Shown here: positions 11,079 to 22,769 of the stretch, one piece after another | Numbering within the stretch: the stretch's first letter is position 1 | Layout: every line of letters begins with the position of its first letter | Assembly (NCBI RefSeq): GCF_004010195.1 | Contig: NC_057718.1 | Span: 5,595,985 to 5,654,735 of the forward strand | DNA from: Chiloscyllium plagiosum | Taxonomy: Eukaryota | Length of the DNA: 58,751 nucleotides | Reading direction: 5' to 3' | Notes under the pieces: generated by a model | Databases searched by the model: none | What the model was told of the DNA's origin: nothing | What the model saw: the letters and a program-made list of their open reading frames with translations, nothing else | Translations under genes and position numbers: made by a program

Positions 11079-11295
11079 AGGAGAAAGTGAGGTCTGCAGA
11101 TGCTGGAGATCAAAGTTGAAACTTTATTGCTGGAACAGCACAGCAGGTCAGGCAGCATCCAGGGAACAGGAGATTCGACGTTTCGGGCACAGGCCCTTCT
11201 TCAGGAATGAAGAAGGGCCTGTGCCCGAAACGTCGAATCTCCTGTTCCCTGGATGCTGCCTGACCTGCTGTGCTGTTCCAGCAATAAAGTTTCAA
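11079..11295. mobile_element. PLE-derived mini-element with 88-bp-arm palindrome
   Basis: 11116-11203 is the reverse complement of 11208-11295, with loop GGAA. Flanking duplication aagtagtattg(c/t)c at 11066-11078 and 11295-11307. Confidence 0.92.
11173..11208 (-). ncRNA. Minimal hammerhead ribozyme motif
   Basis: Minus strand reads auuc-CUGAAGA-A-GGGC-cugu-GCCC-GAA-ACGU-C-gaau. Core intact, stem I auuc/gaau, stem II GGGC/GCCC, palindromic ACGU stem III, GUC cleavage triplet. Confidence 0.75.
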
Positions 11296-11699
11296 AGTAG
11301 TATTGTCACCACACAAGTGTCAGGTAATGACAATATGGGAAACTTAATTTCCTTAACGGCTTTCTCCATCTTTAACATTGCACAGCATGAGGGAACAATA
11401 GCGTGTCATCACTTTTAAGAAGAACTTGCAGGTCTGCCTTACTTTATGTTCAGAAGCAGAAAAAATGCATTAATACTATTACTTGCATCAAATGATAGCT
11501 TGTAATTAATACTTTTCTCTTGTGGACACATTGCTAAGCTATTTGACCATGTCAGGTTATCAGTAAGATGTCTTTGTGATTGGTGTCTAGCTCGGCCCAG
11601 TAAATAGTGGGTTGTTCATAGTTCATGGCTACTTAGGTCACCACTTTTAGCCCATACTTAAATGACCTTGTCAATCTGATGTTGAACACTACAGTCTGT

Positions 11700-13125
11700 G
11701 TATTATAGGTAGACCCACAAAACTGTTTGGAGAGCTTCAGGGTTTTGTCCCATGATTGTGAAGGAACAATGATATATTTCTTAGTCACAATAATGTGAAG
11801 CTTTGAGGATAACTTGCAGTTAGTGATGTTCCCATGCAACTCTACCTTTTCCCTCCGAGGTGGTAGAGGTCAAGGGTTCAGGAGATGCCATTAAGGGAAC
11901 CTTGACAAATTGTGCAGTGCATCATGTACGTAATGAACATCGCTGCCACTGTGCATTGCTGTTGGATGGGATGAATATTTAAATAAAAGCAACATACTGT
12001 GGATGGTGGAGATCTGAAATAAATCAGAAAATGCTAGAGAAACTCAGCAGGTCTGCTTGTATCATTGAATAATTACAGTGCTGTGGTGACACTTTATTCT
12101 GGATGATGTTGGACATTTTGAGTGCTTTTGGAGCTCATCCAAATAAGTGGGGAATGTTCCATCACATGCCTGACTTGTGCCTTTGATATAATGAATAGTC
12201 TTTGGATAGATAGAATATGAGTTACTGATCACAGAATACTGAGCCTGCATTTGTCACACTATTTTCATAGTAAGACCAGTTCCATTTCGAGCAATGATTT
12301 CCTGTATTTCTTCATCATGGAGGATTCTATTACGGTAACTCAAGTGAATGGCAATGAGAGTTTGGGCTGTCAAATTTTCTCTTGTTGGACAAGGTTATTG
12401 TATAATTTGAATGTTACTTGCCATTCATCAGCCCAAGCCTAGATATTGTCCAGGCCTTGTTACATGTGGACTCAGGCTAGTTCAAGTTCTGAGGAGTCAC
12501 AAATGGTGCTGAACATTATACAATCATCAGTGAACTTCCCCACTTCCAACCTTATGATGGAGGGAAGGTCATCGGTAAGGCAGCTGAAGATGGTTGGGTC
12601 TTGGACGCTTTCACCTCGACTCTGGTGAGGTTGTCTCTTTCACCTAGAATTCAGCTCATTTGTCCATGTTTGAAGCAAGGCTCTAATAAGGTCAGGAGCT
12701 GAGTAGCCTTGGCATAATGCAAACTATGCATCAGTGAGAAGGTTATTGCAATGTAAATGCCTCTTGATAGTGCTCCTGACGACATCTTCCATTTACTTTA
12801 TTGATGATTGAGAGTATCGTACTGGTCAAATAACAGACTGGATTGGATTTTTTAAATGTTTTCTGTGGACAGGGCATTCTGGGCAACTTTCAAAATTGTA
12901 AAGTCTTGTTAGTTGTTTGTTTGACCATTGCCATTTATGACTGGGTGTGGCCAGACAACATTTGATCAGATATTTGTGGGATCGCTGAGCTTTGTGTATC
13001 ACATGCTGTCTTTGTCACTTAGGATGTACACAGACATGAGTTGGAGTTTCACCAGGTTGGCATCTCATTTTTGGTATGTCTGGTGCTGCATCTAGAGTGG
13101 TCTCCCACATGTTTCCTTGAAAAGA
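11700..13125 (-). mobile_element. Decayed Zenon/Crack-like LINE, with a PLE terminal fragment at ~11985-12058
   Basis: Reverse complement of the 27270-27860 family (ttccatcacatgcctgacttgtgcctt; gtgaacttccccacttccaaccttatgatggagggaaggtcat). Confidence 0.65.
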
Positions 13126-13164
13126 TAGCTCCAGATGAAGGACCAAATCCCTTACTATGTAAGA

Positions 13165-13545
13165 TCTGAAGAAATAGGACCGAGAGTGGGAAATTCAACC
13201 CCTTGAGTCTGGTCCTCCACTTGATATGATCCTGGCAGATATGATTGTGGTCTTAACTCCATTTTCCTGTTTGTAACCCTTTGATTCCCTCATCTACAAA
13301 AAAATCTTTCTAACTTAGCCTTGAATATACTCAATGGCCCAGTCTTTGCTGCTGTCTGGGAAAGGGTATTCCAAATGTGAATGACCCTCCAACAGAAAAA
13401 AAAATTCCTCCAACTTAAATATGGGAGATCCTTATTTTAAATGCTGCCCTCTTCTTCCAAATTACTTGGAGGGGAAACACACTGATGACCCTGTCAAGTC
13501 CTCTTGGAATCATCAGTGTTTCAATGGGATCACCTCTTGTTCTCG
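13165..13545 (-). mobile_element. Older CR1-type LINE 3' end
   Basis: aagaaataggaccgagagtggg..ttagccttgaatatactcaatggcccag..ctctggg-like 3' UTR/RT end on the minus strand. Confidence 0.6.
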
Positions 13546-13848
13546 GAATCATAGCATCCTTACAGTGCAGATAGAGGCCATTTGGCCCATTGAGTCTGTA
13601 CTGATCCTTCAGGAAGCATCCCACAGCGGAATTTGCATGTTCTCCCTGTGTCAGTGTGGGTTTGCAGATTAGTTGGATTGGTTATGTTAAATTGCCCTGA
13701 TCGTGTTAGTGTAGGCTAGGTGGGTTAGCCATTATAAAGGTGGAGTTACTGGGATTGGGTGGGTCTGAGGTGGGATGCTTTCTGGAGGGACTGTGCAAAC
13801 TGATGAGCCAGAATGGCCTCCATCTGGACTGTAGGATTCTATGATTCT
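13546..13848 (+). mobile_element. Degenerate HE1-type SINE preceded by an inverted copy of a SINE tail
   Basis: V core ggaatttgcatgttctccctgtgtc at ~13628 and tail ctgtaggattctatgattct. 13546-13627 is tail-like in reverse orientation. Confidence 0.55.
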
Positions 13849-14063
13849 AAGAACAAGAGGTGATCTTACTTAAACACTAAAGATTCCGCGAGGGGTTGAC
13901 AGGGTTCAGGCTCAAGAGTGTGTTTTCCATCAGAAGTAGGGGCAGTATTTATAAGTAAGTACCTCCCATATTTAAACCTGAATTTCTTTTGTCAGAGAGT
14001 CGTCAAGGTTGGGAATTTCCTTTCCCAGACATGAATTGAGCCTCACTCCCTGGTGCTATGAGG

Positions 14064-15240
14064 CAGTAGTGGATGAGGGTAGAGCAGTGGATGTAGTATA
14101 CATGGATTTTAGTCAGGCATTTGATAAGGTTCCCCATGGTAGGCTTATGCGGAAAGTCAGGAGGCATGGGATAGTGGAAAATTTGGCCAATTGGATAGAA
14201 AACTGGCTAACCGGTCGAAGGCAGAGAGTGGTGGTAGATGGTAAATATTCAGCCTGGAGCCCAGTTACAAGTGGAGTTCCGCAGGGATCAGTTCTGGGTC
14301 CTCTGCTGTTTGTAATTTTTATTAATGACTTAGATGAGGGAGTCGAAGGGTGGGACAGTAAATTTGCAGATGATACGAAGATAGGTGGAGTTGTGGACAG
14401 TGAGGAGGGCTGTTGTCGGCTGCAGAGGGACTTAGATATGATGCAGAGCTGGGCTGAGGAGTGGCAGATGGAGTTCAACCCTGCCACGTGTGAGGTTGTC
14501 CATTTTGGAAGAAGAATAAGAATGCGGAATACAGGGTTAATGGTAGGGTTCTTAGTCAGGTGGAGGAACAGAGGGATCTTGGGGTCTATGTACATAGATC
14601 TTTGAAGGTTGCCACTCAGGTGGATAGAGTTTGTAAGAAGGTCTATGGAGTATTATCGTTCATTAGCAGAGGGATTGAATTCAAGAGTCGTGAAGTGATG
14701 TTGCAACTGTACAGGACTTTGGTTAGGCCGCATTTGGAGTACTGTGTGCAGTTCTGGTCGCCTCACTTTAGGAAAGATGTGGGAGCTTTGGAGAGGTTGC
14801 AGAGAAGATTTACCAGGATGTTGCCTGGAATGGAGAGGAAGTCGTACGAGGATCGGTTGAGAGTTCTCGGCCTTTTCTCGTTGGAACGGCGAAGGATGAG
14901 GGGTGACTTGATAGAGGTTTATAAGATGATCAGAGGAATAGGTAGAGTAGACAGTCAGAAACTTTTTCCCCGGGCACAACCGAGTGTTACAAGGGGACAT
15001 AAATTTATGGTGAAGGGTGGAAGGTATAGGGGAGATGTCAGGGGTGGGTTCTTTACCCAGAGAGTGGTGGGGGCATGGAATGCGCTGCCTGTGGGAGTGG
15101 TAGAGTCAGAATCTTTGGTGACCTTTAAGCGGCAATTGGATAGGTACATGAATGGATGCTTAAGCTAGGACAAATGTTCGGCACAACATCGTGGGCCGAA
15201 GGGCCTGTTCTGTGCTGTATTGTTCTATGTTCTATGTTCT
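14064..15240 (+). mobile_element. Young 5'-truncated CR1 LINE (RT to 3' end)
   Basis: Two long ORFs separated by one frameshift: [52 protein letters not shown]. Tail (ATGTTCT)n. Confidence 0.95.
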
Positions 15241-15610
15241 AATCTAGTCCCACCTGCCAGCACCCGGCCCATATCCCTCCAAACCCTTCCTATTCATATA
15301 TCCATCCAAATGCCTCTTAAATATTGCAATTGTACCAGCCTCCACTACTTCCTCTGGCAGCTCATTCCATACCCATACCACCCTCTGTGTGAAAAAGTTG
15401 CTCCAAGGTCTCTTTTACATCTTTCCCCTCTCACCCTAAACCTATGCCCTCTAGTTCTGGACCCAGGGAAGAAACTTTGCCTATTTACCCTATCCATGCA
15501 CCTCATAATTTTGTAAAGCTCTATAAGGTCACCCCTCACCCTCCGATGCTCCAGGGAAAACAGCCTGTTCAGCCTCTCCTTATAGCTCAAATCCTCCAAC
15601 CCTGGCAACC
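15241..15610 (-). mobile_element. CR1 3' fragment, tail-to-tail with the previous copy
   Basis: Reverse complement of 735-1120; ORF 15345-15620. Confidence 0.88.
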
Positions 15611-16466
15611 AAGTTTGCAAACATCATAAAAGAAAATGGGAAGGCATGCACTGAGGATGCTACAAAGAGTCTCCAGTGGGATATAGGGAGTGGGTAAAAA
15701 CTTGGCAGGTGGAATATATTTGGGGAAATTGCGAGTCTATGCACTTTGTCAGGAAGGATGGAGGAACGGAATATTATTTAAATGAAAAAGACTGCAGAAA
15801 GCTGCGGTACTGAGAGATTTCGGGGCCCTCATGCATACATCACAAGAAGCTAGCATCCAGGCTCAGCAGGTAGGAGGGAAGGCAAATGGAATGCTGGCTT
15901 TCAATTTAAAAGGAATGGAGTAAAGATGTGGAAGTCTTGCTCAAATGATATTAGCACTAGTCAAATTATGAACAGTTTTAGGTCCCTTATGTCAGAGAAC
16001 ATAAACGGGCATTAGAGGCAGTCCAGAGCAGGTTCACTAGGTTGTATCAGACATGGAGGGACTCTCCAATGACAAGAAGTTGAGTAGGCTGGGCCTGTAT
16101 TATTGCAGTTTCAAAGAATGAGGGAAGATCTTATTGCAATATAAGATTCTTGGCAGGGTAGGTATGGAGAGTCTAGGACCAGAGGACATAGTCTCAGAAT
16201 AAGGGGTTGCCCAGCTAAGACAGAGATGAGGAGGAATTTCTTCTCTCCGAGGGCTCTGAATCAGTGGAGTTCTTCAGTGCGGAGAGTTGCCATCTCAGAC
16301 CTTAAGCATATTCAAGGCTGAGACACTCATATTTTAATCAGTAAGGGACTCAAGGATTCTGGGGAAAAAGCATGTGCTGAAGATTATCAGATCCACCATG
16401 ATCTCATTCAATGACACAGCTGAATTGATGGGTCGAGTGGCCTGCTTCAGTTCCTACGTCTTATGT
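15611..16466 (+). mobile_element. Older decayed CR1-type LINE (RT C-terminus to 3' UTR)
   Basis: ttggcaggtggaatat..tgcactttgtcaggaag; gagatgaggaggaatttcttctc; tail ttcctacgtcttatg. Confidence 0.7.
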
Positions 16467-16507
16467 GGGCTAAGGTCAGTCAGTAAGATGAGTGATCAGA
16501 TAATCTA

Positions 16508-17256
16508 GGAGAAAGTGAGGACTGCAGATGCTGGAGATCAGAGCTGAAAATGTGTTGCTGGAAAAACACAGCAGGTCTGGCAGCATCCAAGGAGCATCCT
16601 GCTCCTTGGATGCTGCCTGACCTGCTGCGCTTTTCCAGCAACACATTTTCAGCTCTGATCTCCAGCATCTGCAGTCCTCACTTTCTCCTAGAAGATTTTA
16701 ACCTACTGCGAATCCTCTTGCAAGGATGCCTTCCTTGAAGAAGCTCTCTTCCTCCCTCTACAAGGATTTCAGTGAGTCCCTCTCTCACTGCACACCCCAG
16801 GTCATCTCCTCTGCCTCCACCAAGGACATGCAGGTCCTTGGACTCCTTCATCGCCAGACCATAGCAACACGACAGCTGGAGGAAGAGCACCTCATCTTCC
16901 GCCTAGGAACCCTCCAACCACAAGGGATGAACTCCGATTTATCTAGTTTCCTCATTTCCCCTCCCCCCACCTTGTCTCAGTCCATCCCTCAAACTCAGCA
17001 CCACCTTCCTAACCTGCAATCTTCTTCCTGACCTCTCTGGCCCCAACCCCACTCCGGCCTATCACCCTCACCTTAACCTCCTTCTACCTATCGCATTTCC
17101 AACACCCCTCCCCCAAGTCCCTCCTCCCTACCTTTTATCTTAGCCTGCTTGGCACACTCTTCTCATTCCTGAAGAAGGGCTCATGCCCGAAACGTCGATT
17201 CTCCTGCTCCTTGGATGCTGCCTGACCTGCTGCGCTTTTCCAGCAACACATTTTCA
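16508..17256 (+). mobile_element. Internally deleted Penelope-like element with inverted 5' pLTR copy
   Basis: ~91-bp-arm palindrome 16506-16690, then an ORF start fused to the GIY-YIG C-terminus (RQLEEEHLIFRLGTLQPQGMNSD), C-rich pLTR and hammerhead. Exact 14-bp flanking duplication gatcagataatcta at 16494-16507 and 17257-17270. Confidence 0.92.
17165..17200 (+). ncRNA. Minimal hammerhead ribozyme motif in PLE pLTR
   Basis: attc-CTGAAGA-A-GGGC-tcat-GCCC-GAA-ACGT-C-gatt; predicted cleavage 3' of C17196. Confidence 0.75.
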
Positions 17257-17479
17257 GATCAGATAATCTACCTTTGCTATTAGTTGAGGGATAAATTTTG
17301 GCCACTGGGACAACTCTTTCTGTCCTCACTATGGTAACATAGGGCCTTTGATGAAGAACAGCTCCATGGGTCTTTTCAAAGATAGAATGAGATTATTATT
17401 TTTTGTAATCCATCTCCATTCACCTACCTTTGCTACAGACTCTTTTCTAACAAATATTCAAAGAGATGTTGTCTGCCTT

Positions 17480-17975
17480 TGCCATCAAAGCCTCAATTAA
17501 CCGAGTGTAACATCAAGGATCCTTCATAAATAAAATCATGGGGAAAGCCTCCTCTGGTTGGAGTCTTACCTGGCACACAGGAAGATGTTGGAGGTTGGTC
17601 ATCTCAGCTGCAGGACATCTGTTCAGGAGTTCCTCAGGTTAGTGTCCTGTGCTCAACCATCTTCAGCTACTGGACCCGCTACCTAAATGCAGTGGCAACA
17701 AGCACAGATCAAAGGCTTGGAATGTTGCAATAAGTCACTTACCTCCTTATTCCCCAAGAGCTGTTCCCCATCTACAAGGCACAAGTCAGGAGTGTGATAG
17801 AATGCTCCCCACTTGCCTGGATGGGTGCAGCTCCAACAACACTCAAGAATCTCAATGCCATCCAGGACAAAGCAGCCCATTTGATTGGCACGACATCCAC
17901 AAATAATCACTCCCTCTACTACTGGCACTCGGGGTAGAAGTGTGTACTATCTATAAGGTGCATTGTGGAAATTTG
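17480..17975 (+). mobile_element. Zenon/Crack-like LINE RT fragments
   Basis: catctacaaggcacaagtcaggagtgtgatagaatgctccccacttgcctggatgggtgcagctccaacaacactcaag. Confidence 0.75.
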
Positions 17976-18489
17976 GTGTAGAGGGTTGAAATCTTCTGAT
18001 ATCAGTGATTGAGACCGAAGAACTGTCAAAATTAACAATTTCGTTGAATGGACGGGTGAAGGAAAGAAGTATATGGAAACAGTTTGGCTGAATATAATTG
18101 AAACTATATGGTCTCATGGACATTAAATGGCACACAGACTAGTGGGGCTGAATGGCCTGTTAATTCTAATTACTGGCAACTGCACCCCAACATTGTCAGA
18201 GGGTTGCATTGTAGTTTTGTTACTGGACTAATAAACCAATAAATCTGAATCAAAATACTCAGCACGCCAGGAAATTAACAGATTGTTGTAAAACTCCATC
18301 TGGTTTGTTAAGTAGGGAAGTAAATCTGCCACACCATTGATCCAACCAAATGTGACAACAGAACCAGAGCAATGTCAGTTGACTCTGAAAATGCCTACAA
18401 ATACTCAAGTGCTAACTATCGCCTCCTTCAGTGCATTAGGTGTAGAACAATAGTGCTGGTCTTGCCAGTGAGGCCACCTCCCTTTAAAT

Positions 18490-20305
18490 ATACTCAATCA
18501 CCTGACCTCCACAGCCTTCTGTGGCAATGAATTCCATTGGTTCACCACTCCCTGACTGAAGAGGTGTCTGTTGTCTCCCTTCTAAAATGTCTTCCCTTTA
18601 CTCTAAGGCTGTGCCCTCAGGTCCTAGTCTCTCCTACCAATGCAAACATTTTCCCAAGATCCACTCTGTCCAGGCCGTTCAGCATTCTGTAAGTTTCAAT
18701 TAGAACCCCTCTCATCCTTCTAAACTCCATCGAGTATAAACCCCAGAGTCCTCAAACATTCCTCATATGTTAAGCTTTTCATTCCTGGGACCATTCTCGT
18801 GAAACTCCTCTGAACCTGCTCCACGGCCAATACATCCTTCCTGAGATATGAGGCACAAAACTGCACACAATACTCCAAATGTGGTCTGATTAGAGCCTGA
18901 TAGAGTCTAGAGTCATAGAGATGTACAGCACGGAAACAGACCCTTCAGTCCAACTCATCCATGCCTATCTGATACCCTAAACCAATCTAGCCCCATCTGC
19001 CAGCACCCGGTCAATACCCCTCTAAACTCTTCCTATTTGTATATCCATCCAGATGCCTTTTAAATGTTGCAATTGTACCAGCCTCCATCACTTCCTCTGG
19101 CAGCTCATTCCATACATGCACCACCCACTGCGTGAAAAAGTTGTCATAGAGTCATAGAGATGTACAGAACGGAAACAGACCCTTCCATCCAACCTGTCCA
19201 TGCCGACCAGATATCCCAACCCAATCTAATCCCACCTGCCAGCACCTGGCCCATATCCCTCCAAACCCTTCTTATTCATATACCCATCCAAATGTCTCTT
19301 CAATGTTTCAATTGTACCAGCCTCCACCACATCCTCTGGCAGCTCATTCCATACACATACCACCCTCTGCATGAAAAAGTTGCCCCTTAGGTCTCTTTTA
19401 TATCTTTCCCCTCTCACCCTAAACCTATGCCCTTTAGTTCTGGACTCCCCAACCCCAGGTCTATTTACCCTATCCATGCCTCTCATAATTTTGTAAACCT
19501 CTATAAGGTCACCCCTCAGCCTACAACGCTCCAGGGAAAACACCTCCACCCTGTTTAGCCTCTCCCTGTAGTTCAAATCCTCCAACCCTGGCAATATCCT
19601 TGTAAATCTTTTCTGAACCCTTTCAAGTTTCACAACATCTTTCTGATAGGAAGGAGACCAGAACTGCACGTAATATTCCAACAGTGGCCTAACCAGTGTC
19701 CTGTACAGCCGCAACATGACCTCCCAACTCCTGTACTTAATACTCTAACCAATAAAGGAAAGCATACCAAACATCTTTTTCACTATCCTATCTACCTGCG
19801 ACTCCCTTTTCAAGGAGCTATGAAGCTGCACTCCAAGGTCTCTTTGTTCAGCAACACTCCCTAGGACCTTACCATTAAGTGTATAAGTCCTGCTAAGATT
19901 TGCTTTCCCAAAATGCAGCACCTCACATTTCTCTAAATTAAACTCCATCTGCCACTTTGCAGCCCATTGGCCCATCTCATCCAGGTCCCATTGTAATCCG
20001 AGGTAACCTTCTTCACTCTCCACTACACCTCCAATATGGAGCCTGAGAAGTACATTTCCACTTTTAGATTGAAGTTCTGTCAAAATAAATGCCATCATTG
20101 CATTTGCCTTCCTTACTACTGACTCATTCTGCAAGTTTACCTTGAGAGAATCCTGGATTAGAACTCCCAAGTGTCTTTGCACTTCAGACTTCTGGACTTT
20201 TTCCCCATTTAGAATATAGTCCGTGCCACTATTCTTCCTATCAAAGTGCATGACCTTACACATTCTCATGTTGTACTCCATCTGCCACTTCTTTGCAATC
20301 AAACA
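18490..20305 (-). mobile_element. Nested LINEs: older CR1-type host (18490-18908 and 20037-20305) split by two tandem younger CR1 3' ends (18909-19143 and 19144-20036)
   Basis: ORFs 19226-19717 and 19745-20329 are CR1 RT. The tail agagtcatagagatgtaca occurs at 18910 and again at 19148. Confidence 0.88.
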
Positions 20306-21144
20306 AGCGTCATGCTTTTTAGACTTCACCGTATCGCTCTTTTAATTTTGCAATCTACATCCAGCTGGATTTATTTCCTAGCATCTTTGCATTCATATAA
20401 ACTCCAAAGAAAATCAATGTTACAGATGTTGTACATTAAACTGGGGAACACAAATTGCTCCTAAACAAAACATTTATATGACAAAAAACCCATTTATAAA
20501 ATAATAGGAATGATAAACAATATGCCTTCTTAACCTTCCAAGCTATTGACTCAATGTTATAATTGGAAATGTTTGTGAGTAAACACATGTAGAAAGCCTT
20601 AATTATTGACATGCTTTGATGAGTAGTGTTTTAGGCGATGTATAGTATAATGGACAAATTGAGGGTTCTAACCCTTCAATGGATTTGAGACAGTTTAAGA
20701 AGTTGCAGGCTGAAACAATGTTAGAACTCTCACAACCCCTGAAGTCTATAATGTTTGCATAATCCATTTTTGTCACTTTTGTCACTTAACCATGCCTTGA
20801 TCTTTTATAGCCAAGTGCTGACCAGGGGTCAGTTCCACAGAGTCCAGCAGAGCAACTGTGATTAATTGGAGAGTTACAGATGCTGATCTGTCACCATCTG
20901 AATGCTTAGTAAGAACCCAGGCCAGAGTAGACATTTAACTGAGGCGCCTGTTTGCCTTCTCAGTTACATAAACATGTAGCGAGGCATAAATTACACGGTA
21001 TAATTTTGAAGAGGGGGAGGGAAGTTATCAATCATGTGCCAGCTTTTCGAAAGATTTTTTCAATTTGTCTGTCCACGCCTCTGCTTTTTGCTCACTCCCC
21101 CATCCTGACTCTGCAAACATTTTCTTCAAAAATAAATTTCTAAA

Positions 21145-21360
21145 CATTGGGGGAACACTCTGATCTTCAGAGATATGTTGTGGGACCTTTCAACATTTGC
21201 CCTCGAGGGAAGATGAGACTTTGGCTTAATGCCACCTCCTGAAGATGCCACCCCTGCCCTTCCCTCAGCATTGGTAGTAGGCTGGGTTCTTGGGGTGAAG
21301 TCACGGGAATGGGTCTTGAACCGAAAGCCTTCCAATTCAGACTAGAAGTGCTGAACTCTC
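21145..21360 (-). mobile_element. Deu-domain SINE (SacSINE/AmnSINE-like), degenerate
   Basis: tgggacctttcaacatttgccctcgaggg..ttaatgccacctcctgaagatgccacc..ccctcagcattg..gggtcttgaacc (Deu core plus B-box complement). Confidence 0.55.
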
Positions 21361-21606
21361 CAGCAAAAAATGAGGGATTAGCTTGTGGGTAAAAAGCTAG
21401 AATTCAGACTGACATAAGTCAAATCTACAAAACTGAGTTTGTAAACTGACCCCACATGAAGTTATTTTTCAGCATAGCACAAGCAATGAGTTATAACAAC
21501 GGCTTAGGACTGTGTATGTCTCAAAGTGCCAAAGAAAACAAAACATACACAATTTGTTTTAAAGGATAAATCCTTTCTGTAAATAGAATTAAGGAAATCC
21601 TAACCA

Positions 21607-21609
<3 letters not shown>

Positions 21610-21663
<54 letters not shown>
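21610..21663. repeat. (TG)27 microsatellite
   Basis: Uninterrupted TG run. Confidence 0.97.
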
Positions 21664-21664
<1 letters not shown>

Positions 21665-22094
21665 TCCTCTTGATTTAATTAACACGTGAAACAGCTTTGG
21701 AAAATACAAGCCGTGCCTTCCTCTATTTTCAGTGCCACATGATGAGGCATGCCAGCCTGGGCCAGTGGGGTTTCCTTCATGCAGACTTCTTCTAGCTGGG
21801 GATGTTGTTAATTAATCGAATGAGCAATTCTGTGTTTGGCATGCAGATGAAATGAAGAATGGGCCGCACTGTGTGCACATACACTGCTCACCTTGCAAAC
21901 CCAAGTGAACACCAAGAGTGTTGGGTTTATCACCAGTTGTGTGTATGTGTGGGGGGCTGTGAGTGAGAGAGATTGTGGCTCCATTTCTCATCTATCTCCA
22001 CTTGTGTCTGTCGGTGCATCTGTGCCTCTCTCTGTCTCTGTGAGTTTGTATGTGTGTGTTTGTCTCTTTCATTTATCCCTCAACAAACAAGTAA

Positions 22095-22250
22095 ATAATC
22101 TGGTTATTATTATTGTTCATTGCTGTATACAAATTGGCTGTCACATTTCCTGGAGTACACGTGATTGTACTTAGTTTCACTATTGTTTATGGAGTACTTT
22201 AGAACATCATGTGGTTGTGAAAGGTGTTACATAAATGCAAGCCTTCCTTT
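22095..22250 (+). mobile_element. Deu-SINE/L2-type 3' end
   Basis: gctgtatacaaattggctgtcacatttcct..ggttgtgaaaggtgttacataaatgcaagccttc. Confidence 0.55.
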
Positions 22251-22354
22251 GATTTTATTCCTTCCTTCTCCTTCCCTAACATGTTTCTGACCTCTGTGTC
22301 TCTCTCCTAATTTTTCCTTCTGTGGATTTTCTCCCCCTCCATCTCTTGCTATAG

Positions 22355-22393
22355 CAGTGCAGAGGATAGTGTAACTGGCAGTCTCTTGTGGAG
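22355..22393 (+). CDS. Candidate 39-nt (36-nt via NAGNAG) micro-exon: SAEDSVTGSLLW(R)
   Basis: ~110-nt polypyrimidine tract, cttgcTATAG|CAG acceptors and GAG|GTAATA donor. Length is a multiple of 3, and only one of three frames is open (phase 2/2). Confidence 0.55.
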
Positions 22394-22769
22394 GTAATAA
22401 TACAGTCATTGAAGAGTAGTGAGGATATTTACCAGTGATGTGTTGTCGCTAATCTTTGCATCAATGTGGAACTGCAGACAGAGAGGAATCATTGGGGAAG
22501 ATGTTGGTTTTGGCCTATTTTAGACTTGCCACACGGCTGACAGAGTGCATCCCAGCCAAAGTCTAAAATCAGGCCTGGGGCCTCATTAATATTTTTATGA
22601 ACAAACTGCTGGATCCTGCCCCCTGTCCAAAGGCAGCTCACATCTCAGCATCATTAGAATCAAGCTGCTTGCTTCTTCAACTGAGACCAGGACAAAGGTG
22701 TCTGCTTGATTGGCACCCCATTTGCCATCATGAATGTTCCTTCCTTCCATTGCTGGTGCATAGTGACCC

